A DNA stretch of 64,000 nt from Antedon mediterranea. Taxonomy: Eukaryota; Animalia; Echinodermata. A program made the translations under genes and the position numbers. The stretch is taken from assembly GCF_964355755.1 (NCBI RefSeq), contig NC_092677.1, positions 3,308,101-3,372,100 on the forward strand, in the 5' to 3' direction. Shown piece by piece: positions 22,501 through 34,500 of this stretch. The stretch's first letter is position 1. The number at the start of each line of letters is the position of its first letter. The notes beneath the pieces are model-generated. The model ran no database searches and was not told the origin of the DNA. It was given only the letters and a program-made list of their open reading frames with translations.

Positions 22501-25500
22501 GGACTTTTTTGGAGGGCCCAATTTGTCCCTATTCTAAATGTACTGTAATTTATTATGAAAACCGGAATACCCAATTCCGGAATCCGGACAAATTATGAAG
22601 TACAAAACACGAAAATTAGCATCTGAAAACCGGACTGACAGTTAAAAAACTCCAAATATTTACAAAAACAACGTAACATCGTTGTCGCTGACTCGGATTC
22701 AATACATGCACAATGTACAAAAGCTTTTAACCATACCCTGCATGAAGTGCGCGACGTTTCGCGGTACGATCAAATAATGTTGCCATGGAGCGCTACACTG
22801 TGATTGACAGGTCAGTTCATTGTTAACCCATGAGGCGGCAATTGCTTTGTTGCGTATCGAACTGCGGTGGGCTTTTTCACATCGAAGCGCTATGTCTTAA
22901 TTAATGTCTATTGTTTTTAGCAGGGAGTTGTTAACACGTTCACTGCCACGGCGTATTTATACGTCAAAAATTGCGTGTCGCTACTTGCCAAGACGTAATA
23001 CTACGTCAAAATCGTAGCACTTTTGTATTGTATGTAGAATCGCTGGCAGTGGTGATTGGAACAGGAATTATCGCATGGCAGTTTATGAATGATGTACGTA
23101 AACGATAATCTAAAAATAAATGTCATATGTTTGTTTGTGTTTATTCCCTCATGCATTGAATATGGTTGATACGATGGCGCCCTCACACTCAATATAATCA
23201 TCTCAAACATGTCATAAATTGCGCTAATAGTAAATAAAAATAATAAAGGATGAAATGATTCAGTGTGGTTTACTGTTTTTATCTCTCGATGATAGGTTTG
23301 ACCGATTTTAGCGCGGAAAATCCCCGACGTATATTTACGTTCCTGGCAAAGTCAATAAAATTGTTGGACCATTGCCAGTGACGTATTTATACGTCTCAAC
23401 GGTTTTTCCCGCCATCGTATTTTGAATGACATCATGATAGTCTGTGACCAGATGTTACACTTTCAAACTGTAATTTAATATGTAAACGGGACTTGGCACT
23501 GGGACAGAAATTACGGAAAATGCCTTGGCAGTCAATGTGTTAACAACTCCCTGGTTTTTTAGCATATGAATTGTTTTTTAATAAAGTTCAATTTACATTC
23601 CACTTTGTGTCTTTGTTTTGTTTAAATCATTGTTAAATTCACAATTGCAATAGGACTTTAAAAAGGAATGTTTCACTAAAAATGTGCATCATTATAAATT
23701 TGGAAATCATTATGGCAAAACGGAATGAACTTGACTTAACTAGTGTTAATAAACTTTGAAATGTTACTAATTAATTATTGTGTCATTATTGCTTGGCTCG
23801 TTTACCTAATCAATTTTCATCATTGCTATCAAATTACGTCAAAATAAAGGAGCTTAAAAAACATGTGGTCTAGGTGTGGGCGTTTTTATTTGATTATGAC
23901 ACCTCTGCACATGCGCATCAATCAAAGCCTCGCTTTGCTATTTTTATCACCCCATGCTGCTGCTGCTGCTGCAAGCTAGCTCACGAAAAACAATAAACAG
24001 ACCGAAATTATGTTCACCGTACGTACGTAGGCCTTTTTGCCGTTAAAAACACATTGAGAAACAGTTTACTATTGTAACATGTTTTATTGGTACTGTACAG
24101 TAAATAATGTAACTTTTAAAAAAGGTAATAATATTAATAAAGTAGGCCTAGGCCTATCACTAGCTTGACACAATCATAGCCTAGGCCTTCCCTACGCTAG
24201 ACCGTACCGGGCAGCATTCGGACCGGTGATTCAACGCATTTTCAGTGACAACGCGATGACTTTAAAAATATGTTTTCAGGAAACCGGACTTTCGAAAAAC
24301 CGGAAAATATATGCCCGCCCAAGGGTGTCCGGTATTGGGAGAGTTGACTGTATAATAAATAACCCAGTGACAAATTAGTACATATAAGTAATTACAATAA
24401 TAATAATATCTCTTAAATTCCCTTACCTCAATAGTAGTGTGTTCCCCTGTGTCTAGGTTAGCTATATACCATACAAGTCCCGTCTCTTCCCATGTTCTAA
24501 CCATTGAATGGTAATGTTCTTCATATCCTGATGTATCAAGCCCAGCCGCTGCTTTCACACTGTAGTCAACGTAACTATTCGCTGCAAAGTCATGTGCTGG
24601 GGTTTCTGTAAAAAAAAAACGTAGAAAATTGTAGACGACAAATAATCAATCCCACATGATCAACAATCATAATGTTATTGTATTAATATATTGCATTCCA
24701 CAATGTTATCCAAATGCGCTGTGGACTGCAACTACATGCTTCTCCCCTAAGGGTCACGTCATGTCGGGGCTGCCAACTTTGGCGCTATTTTGTCTGTCTA
24801 TGACAAAGCGAAATGGCCAAGTTTACGAAACTGGCTGATTGATTTAAATTTCATTCAAATACAAACATACGTACCTTCATTGCACCGAACTCCTGTGTAT
24901 CCGGGATAGCAAATGCAGACAGCGGTATTAATATTTGCATCGCAAACACCGTTGACGCATTTTTCCGATCCGTCTTGATTATCAATACAGTTTTCATCTG
25001 TTCGTGGACAACCTTCTTGGGAGTTTTTGAACGATGCTCCCACGTTGTTGTCGCTGAGGTCGTAAAGTTTGCCATCTTGAATTAGGTTTCGTATGCAGCC
25101 GTCGAATCCGGTGTTCGAAAACGTGACTGAACTGTAATCCCAACCGGAAGTAGCACGCCCTCCGAGCTGCAGTGGTGTGTTCACATTTAACAATCTATAA
25201 ACGAAAAACATAAATTACATTCTTAATTTATTGGTTGATTAATTGTATATATCACTGATTGGTTGCTAATTGCGCATTTGACCACCACTGATTGGCCGAC
25301 AACTTATATTATTTATTTCAACTTTTTTTCCCGAATATACATCCGTAGAGTAACTATATTTATATAAATAGTGAAAATAGATATATATATATATATATAT
25401 ATATATCAATAAGTACATAGCAGTATTATATTCAAGTCTATTGATAAGGATATGACTTTTTTCTGATACAGTAAAACAACTATTAAGGTGACACCTAATG

Positions 25501-28500
25501 GACTTATCAAAGTTGACTTAACATATATCGCCCCTTATTTGTTTCACAGGAAAGTGTGTCCTTAATAGAGGGTGTCCCAAAGGACGGGTTCTACTCTATA
25601 TTCATAGAGGGCGGTACATTGTTGACTTACCTAGAGGTACCTGTCACTGTTCCAGTGATACGACAGCTAGAATCATCTATGGTGCTCACACTACCAACCT
25701 CAGAGATTGTAGATTTAGCTGACAGACAATGATCAACGACCAATTCAACTTCCTACAAAATAAATGCATTCATGTTAAAGACTGAGTTTGTGATGAAACA
25801 CTAGATACAGACATCACATGTGATACATATGTGACAATGTATTACAGAATTTTCCTACGATACTGGACAAATTAAATAACTTATGTACCCTTCCATTCCT
25901 TCTGATCTCCAAATGATGCCATTCGTTGTCCGTCAACTCTGGCAGGTCTTGAGGCGCAAACTCAAAAATACTGGTATCACTTCCCAAGTTCAGTTGAAGT
26001 ACAGGTCGTTTATTGACTAGTTCCAACAGTATAAAATCAGTGGGCTGTCCGGCTTCCGAAGTCATTGGACCATTGTAAAACAGAGTACCGTCTTCATTGG
26101 TGATAAACTCAATTGATGTTCGCGTGTCTTCACATTGTTCTAACGTTTCGACCCAAGCGTAGCTACCACTGCCGCTAAAACTTCTCTTGATCTCCTCGCA
26201 TCGACCACCTTCAAAACCAGTAGGGCACTGACAACTGAAAAAAAAAAATATTAATCATTTTATTTATAGAAGCGCCATAAATATTATGTCCGCAACCTGT
26301 ACAACAAACATCAATGATAAAAATATAAGCAAAATCAGGAAAAATGGTATTTAAAGCTGATCCATCTATGGGTATAATTTTGAAATTTGTTTTACCTAAA
26401 TCCTTGTGGAGTATCTGTACATGTACCACCGTTCAGACAAGCATCGTACGAGCATCCGGCTGGGAAGATATTCTCTCCGGCACATCCGCAAGCCGCGGTT
26501 GTGTATGTGGTTATTCCTGTGAACGACTGCGATTGTAGATCGATAAGATACGGTTCTTTAGTGACGGTGTAATCATTGTAACAAGATCCTTCGCAAACTC
26601 CTTCGTCCATAAAACATGCATCGATTTTAATCATTGTAATCGTCAGTCCTGTACTAGACTCAACCTGCAGAAAAAAAAAATTTATTATCATTAAAATAAC
26701 ATTTTTTTTTATTCCTTTCAGCAAAACAATACATAGTAATTTAATTTCCAGGAAGACAAATACAAAACAGTTAAATACAAATAAAAAGGTTACTCTCTGC
26801 TGAATTAATAGTGAAAAAATCACTATGTTAAGTCCTTGTCGTGCAGATTACCAAGAAAAGACTCCGTCAACAAATTACCTGATCTTTGTTCTGACGGACA
26901 GCGCTATCCATTCGTTCTGCCTTGTAGTATGGAGATCCGTGCGCTGAATATCTAACTTCGATAGTATTTGCTTCGCCAACCACGTCCATCACGCTGAAGA
27001 TATCAATATTCATCTCCTTAGCCCCGATAATACCCGCCAAACTCTTGCGCAATTTTCCATACTTGCTGTTAGGTTCGCGGACAAAGTTGGCGGCAGTTGT
27101 TCCAGAAAAGCGTAACGATCCAGAATTATACACAGCCTCTTCTGGTAAATCGGTAACGGTGACCGTCACTGTTGAGGTGCTGTCTATCCACTTGTTGTCG
27201 GAGACTAAAACTTGCATCGTGTACGTACCGGACGGCGTTCCTGGCTTAATTAAAATGTTACCATTGTCTGGGTCAACCTGTAGGCACAAAACAATATAAT
27301 AAGTGTTTTTTAACTATTACTATTTCAATTTAACTTAACGATAACAACGATGACAGGAAGGAGAGTCGAGTGTGTGTCCACCTCTTTCTATATACCTAAC
27401 AAAAAAACTGAAAAAAAGAAGAAACAAACAAAAAATGTGACTCACATCAAAATGGTCCCATACTGCATCATCTGGTTTAATCTTTGTGAACGTTTTTTCA
27501 TCAATATCATCACTATCTGGATCTGGGGCGTTTACTGGGCCTACTGGGGTCGCACCAATACCACTGCCTGATCCACCTACAGATACCAAATCATATTCAT
27601 TACAACAGTGTTTTGCCAATAGCCTATTTAAACTAGTAGTTAACTATTTAAACCAATACTAACTTATGGAAACTAATAGTAACTCATTAAAACTAATAGT
27701 AACATATTTAAACCAATAGTAACCACTTTAAACTACTGTAATAGTAATCTATTGAAAATTATAGTTAACTATTGAAACTAATAGTAACCAATTTTAGCTT
27801 ATAGTAATTAATTTTAGCTAATATTACTCAATTTAAACTAATAGTAACCTATTGGAACTTGTAGTTAACTATTAGTCACCAATTTAAACTATAACCAATT
27901 TTAGCTAATAGTAACCAATTGAAACTAATAGTATAGTAACCTATTTGAACTATTCTAAACAATTTTTAACTAGTAGTAACACAAAACTAATTATAAATAT
28001 TTTATGTAAACTTATAGTAACCTATTTAAACTAGGCAATAGTGACATACTAAACTAATTATAACATATGCAACCAATAGTAACTTATCTAAACTAGGTTA
28101 TAGTTTAACATACTAAACTAATTATAACACATGCAACCAATAGTAACTTATTTAAACTAGGTTATAGTTTAACATACTAAACTAATTATAACACATGCAA
28201 CCAATAGTAACTTATCTAAACTAGGTTATAGTTTAACATACTAAACTAATTATAACATATGCAACCAATAGTAACTTATCTAAACTAGGTTATAGTTTAA
28301 CATACTAAACTAATTATAACACATGCAACCAATAGTAACTTATTTAAACTAGGTAATAGTTTAACATACTAAACTAATTATAACACATGCAACCAATAGT
28401 AACTTATTTAAACTAGGTAATAGTTTAACAAACTAATTATAACACATGCAACCAATAGTAACTTATCTAAACTAGGTTATAGTTTAACATACTAAACTAA

Positions 28501-31500
28501 TTATAACACATGCAACCAATAGTAACTTATTTAAACTAGGTAATAGTTTAACATACTAAACTAATTATAACACATGCAACCAATAGTCACTTATCTAAAC
28601 TAGGTTATAGTTTAACATACTAAACTAATTATAACACATGCAACCAATAGTAACTTATTTAAATTAATCACAACCTAGACTTACCATCATAGGTGTAAAC
28701 AAACATATCCTTGCTGCCATCCTCATGTTGGTTATCATTCTCATCACCAATTCTTATTTTCAGTACACTGACACACTTGTTAGGAGGATCAAAAGAGTCG
28801 GAGATCTCAATTTGCATGTGGTAATATTCCTGCATCTCGCGGTCAAATTTTTTAAGAGTAGAGATCGTTGCAACGTTTTCTGAAATAAACGAACATGGCT
28901 AAATGAAAATAGGATGAAAGTATTACCGTTCAGTGTGATATGGCATAATGGTGAGGGATATTGTATGTAATATGTATTTGAGAGACCTATCTGTGTTATA
29001 TTGCTGAGCTCTGGAGATCAAAAGGTTTATCTGTGGCTGCGACATGATCAGTTCCACGCTCCTTAACAGACAACGAGCACTGCGGAGAATATGTACATAT
29101 TACAGTACTGTTGGTATTTGTCGCAGCCAGACATAAGATCAAAGGACTGTTACATGTCCCTATATTGGCAAGGCGAGCTCATTGTCCTGTTGTTAGATTG
29201 CCTTGGTATCATACTTAGGCAAGATACTCTCATTGAGTTGGAAAAATGTTTAAATGTACTTCCAGAAATTCTAGGAGTTTTTGGCTAGGTGGACTGACTT
29301 GATTAAATCTTTAGATTTTCACTTAAGCACTATGTTGACAAAAACATCCATGGGTAGGGCATACAAATACATACCACCAACAGTCATCAAGAAAGCCTCG
29401 TTAATGCTGTACTCGTCATTCACTCCTTTATCATCTCCATTGACAACTCTAAAAGTAAATGGTGTTTGGATGCCTGTGTCAGGATCAGTTGGCGATATGA
29501 CTGCAACCTCTATAGGGCTGGCAGAATTCTCCATTACAACTGGTGTGTACTGGTCTTCCGCGAAGCTTGGACACTCATCGTTGATGTCCAAGACTGTAAT
29601 TGTTAAGAGCCCTTCACCAGTCATTGGTGGTATTCCAGCATCTATGGCAAGGACTTTCAGTTCATGACGTTCAGTTGTTTCTCTGTCTAACTCTTTTACA
29701 ATTCTTAATACACCAGAGTCCGGGTTCACTTCAAATAAACCATCCTCATTGGTTGAGGGATCAATCTCATACCTATGCAAAAATACAAATTCATTTTTAC
29801 TTTAAAGATGTATTTTCCTACCTGAAAATTTTTTTTAATTTGTTTTGTTGAAGATGCCATTTTAATGTCACATAATAGTTGGATCTAAACAAATGTATTT
29901 ACTTGTAAAAACTGTAATTTAAAGTTTTTTTTTAATTTTTTAAAGAGAAAATCATTTTTTCCAAGTTTTTTTTCTACGAAAGTTATTTATATTTATTAAA
30001 ACTACAAAATAACCTATTTATTTTATTTAATTAAACTTCATTTTTCAGGTTTAAAGGTAATATTTAGTATAGACAACAATATTTTACAAGATACCCTGTA
30101 AATTTGATAAAAACAAAAACTTACCTGGCAACTCTTCCATTATCTTCCAACTCAGTATCTTTAGCAAAAACTGTCATGACAGCATCCTGAGGTATTTGTC
30201 CCTCAAAGAAACTAAACGCTTCGGGAAGATTCTCAAACACTGGCGCGTTATCATTTACGTCCATGACAGTGATTTGTACCGTGGCGCTAGCCGAATCCTT
30301 GCTATCAGACGCCTGAATGGTCAATGTAAATGACCGGTCACCCGTCTCATAATCCAATTCCTACAACAAAAACAAAACATTTATTATCATTTTGAGGACA
30401 ACATAGTTTAATGAAGACATACATTTTCCCTACTCTTTCTACACTAATGTGACCTAACATTTTTACACATAAATTAGCTTATTTTATAAAAAAGAGCTTT
30501 ACCTTATTTAGAACCAAGATAGCATTCTGTTTATTAACAGGATTTGGGTTAATCTTGAATTTACCAGCATTGTTTCCTGATACAATAGTGAAGGTAAGTT
30601 CAGCATTAACACCAATATCTCGGTCGCTGGCAAGAACATCCAGCACTCTACTTCCTTTAGCGAGGGTCTCGGGAACGGTTTCGGAGTATGAGGTTGGGTT
30701 GAATACGGGAGGGTTGTCGTTGACATCATCGATTATAATAGTTGCAGTAGCGGTTGCTGTAAAAAAACAAGTAAATAAAGTTATGTTAGCAAATCTCGAA
30801 TTTCCTAAAGAATTAACAGATCAAATAATACTTTGTTCACATGTATTATGAATACTGCATTTCATAGCTCACCGCATTGAATGTAACCTGGGAATATATT
30901 TCAAAGCTCTGACTACACTATCAAACTAGTTTGACCAAATATGGTAGTGATATGCCAAAATATGGTAGTGATATGCCTAAATATGGTAGTGATATGCCTA
31001 AATATGGTAGTGATATGCCTAAATATGGTAGTGATTTTCCCCCGAAATATGGTACAGTAGTAATATACATCACATTTTTTTTGTCACATAAAGTTTGATA
31101 GTGTAGACAGAGCTTAAGAGGGTAGCCACCATCTCATGTGTCTTTCATTTGTTCTTTTATGATAGTGTAGACAGAGCTTAAGAGGGTAGCCACCATCTCA
31201 TGTGTCTTTCATTTGTTCTTTTATGATAGTGTAGACAGAGCTTAAGAGGGTAGCCACCATCTCATGTGTCTTTCATTTGTTCTTTTATGATAGTGTAGAC
31301 AGAGCTTAAGAGGGTAGCCACCATCCCATGTGTCTTTCATTTGTTCTTTTATGATAGTGTAGACAGAGCTTAAGAGGGTAGCCACCATCTCATGTGTCTT
31401 TCATTTGTTCTTTTATGATAGTGTAGACAGAGCTTAAGAGGGTAGCCACCATCTCATGTGTCTTTCATTTGTTCTTTTATGATAGTGTAGACAGAGCTTA

Positions 31501-34500
31501 AGAGGGTAGCCACCATCTCAAGTGTCTTTCATTTGTTCTTTTATGATAGTGTAGACAGAGCTTAAGAGGGTAGCCACCATCCCATGTGTCTTTCATTTGT
31601 TCTTTTATGATAGTGTAGACAGAGCTTAAGAGGGTAGCCACCATCTCATGTGTCTTTAATTTGTTCTTTTATGATAGTGTAGACAGAGCTTAAGAGGGTA
31701 GCCACCATCTCATGTGTCTTTCATTTGTTCTTTTATGATAGTGTAGACAGAGCTTAAGAGGGTAGCCACCATCTCATGTGTCTTTCATTTGTTCTTTTAT
31801 GATAGTGTAGACAGAGCTTAAGAGGGTAGCCACCATCCCATGTGTCTTTCATTTGTTCTTTTATGATAGTGTAGACAGAGCTTAAGAGGGTAGCCACCAT
31901 CTCATGTGTCTTTCATTTGTTCTTTTATGATAGTAGTGTAGACAGAGCTTAAGAGGGTAGCCACCATCCCATGTGTCTTTAATTTGTTCTTTTATGATAG
32001 TGTAGACAGAGCTTAAGAGGGTAGCCACCATCCCATGTGTCTTTCATTTGTTCTTTTATGATAGTGTAGACAGAGCTTAAGAGGGTAGCCACCATCTCAT
32101 GTGTCTTTCATTTGTTCTTTTATGATAGTGTAGACAGAGCTTAAGAGGGTAGCCACCATCCCATGTGTCTTTCATTTGTTCTTTTATGATAGTGTAGACA
32201 GAGCTTAAGAGGGTAGCCACCATCCCATGTGTCTTTCATTTGTTCTTTTATGATAGTGTAGACAGAGCTTAAGAGGGTAGCCACCATCTCATGTGTCTTT
32301 CATTTGTTCTTTTATGATAGTGTAGACAGAGCTTAAGAGGGTAGCCACCATCCCATGTGTCTTTAATTTGTTCTGTTATGATAGTGTAGACAGAGCTTAA
32401 GAGGGTAGCCACCATCTCATGTGTCTTTCATTTGTTCTTTTATGATAGTGTAGACAGAGCTTAAGAGGGTAGCCACCATCCCATGTGTCTTTCATTTGTT
32501 CTTTTATGATAGTGTAGACAGAGCTTAAGAGGGTAGCCACCATCTCATGTGTCTTTAATTTGTTCTTTTATGATAGTGTAGACAGAGCTTAAGAGGGTAG
32601 CCACCATCTCATGTGTCTTTAATTTGTTCTTTTATGATAGTGTAGACAGAGCTTAAGAGGGTAGCCACCATCCCATGTGTCTTCCATTTGTTCTTTTATG
32701 ATAGTGTAGACAGAGCTTAAGAGGGTAGCCACCATCCCATGTGTCTTTAATTTGTTCTTTTATGATAGTGTAGACAGAGCTTAAGAGGGTAGCCACCATC
32801 CCATGTGTCTTTAATTTGTTCTTTTATGATAGTGTAGACAGAGCTTAAGAGGGTAGCCACCATCTCATGTGTCTTTAATTTGTTCTTTTATGATAGTGTA
32901 GACAGAGCTTAAGAGGGTAGCCACCATCTCATGTGTCTTTAATTTGTTCTTTTATGATAGTGTAGACAGAGCTTAAGAGGGTAGCCACCATCTCATGTGT
33001 CTTTCATTTGTTCTTTTATGATAGTGTAGACAGAGCTTAAGAGGGTAGCCACCATCCCATGTGTCTTTAATTTGTTCTTTTATGATAGTGTAGACAGAGC
33101 TTAAGAGGGTAGCCACCATCCCATGTGTCTTTAATTTGTTCTTTTATGATAGTGTAGACAGAGCTTAAGAGGGTAGCCACCATCCCATGTGTCTTTCATT
33201 TGTTCTTTTATGATAGTGTAGACAGAGCTTAAGAGGGTAGCCACCATCCCATGTGTCTTTAATTTGTTCTGTTATGATAGTGTAGACAGAGCTTAAGAGG
33301 GTAGCCACCATCTCATGTGTCTTTAATTTGTTCTTTTATGATAGTGTAGACAGAGCTTAAGAGGGTAGCCACCATCCCATGTGTCTTTCATTTGTTCTTT
33401 TATGATAGTGTAGACAGAGCTTAAGAGGGTAGCCACCATCCCATTTGTCTTTAATTTGTTCTTTTATGATAGTGTAGACAGAGCTTAAGAGGGTAGCCAC
33501 CATCCCATGTGTCTTTAATTTGTTCTTTTATGATAGTGTAGACAGAGCTTAAGAGGGTAGCCACCATCTCATGTGTCTTTCATTTGTTCTTTTATGATAG
33601 TGTAGACAGAGCTTAAGAGGGTAGCCACCATCTCATGTGTCTTTAATTTGTTCTTTTATGATAGTGTAGACAGAGCTTAAGAGGGTAGCCACCATCCCAT
33701 GTGTCTTTCATTTGTTCTTTTATGATAGTGTAGACAGAGCTTAAGAGGGTAGCCACCATCTCATGTGTCTTTCATTTGTTCTTTTATGATAGTGTAGACA
33801 GAGCTTAAGAGGGTAACCACCATCTCATGTGTCTTTAATTTGTTCTTTTATGATAGTGTAGACAGAGCTTAAGAGGGTAGCCACCATCCCATGTGTCTTT
33901 CATTTGTTCTTTTATGATAGTGTAGACAGAGCTTAAGAGGGTAGCCACCATCTCATGTGTCTTTAATTTGTTCTTTTATGATAGTGTAGACAGAGCTTAA
34001 GAGGGTAGCCACCATCTCATGTGTCTTTAATTTGTTCTTTTATGATAGTGTAGACAGAGCTTAAGAGGGTAGCCACCATCCCATGTGTCTTTAATTTGTT
34101 CTTTTATGATAGTGTAGACAGAGCTTAAGAGGGTAGCCACCATCCCATGTGTCTTTCATTTGTTCTTTTATGATAGTGTAGACAGAGCTTAAGAGGGTAG
34201 CCACCATCCCATGTGTCTTTAATTTGTTCTTTTATGATAGTGTAGACAGAGCTTAAGAGGGTAGCCACCATCCCATGTGTCTTTAATTTGTTCTTTTATG
34301 ATAGTGTAGACAGAGCTTAAGAGGGTAGCCACCATTCCATGTGTCTTTAATTTGTTCTTTTATGATAGTGTAGACAGAGCTTAAGAGGGTAGCCACCATC
34401 CCATGTGTCTTTAATTTGTTCTTTTATGATAGTGTAGACAGAGCTTAAGAGGGTAGCCACAATCTCATGTGTCTTTAATTTGTTCTTTTATGATAGTGTA

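Noticed and set aside
22448-24350. Autonomous transposon (also 54408-56463)
   Set aside because: No ORF longer than ~70-100 aa and no DDE/HTH-like motifs inside either element.
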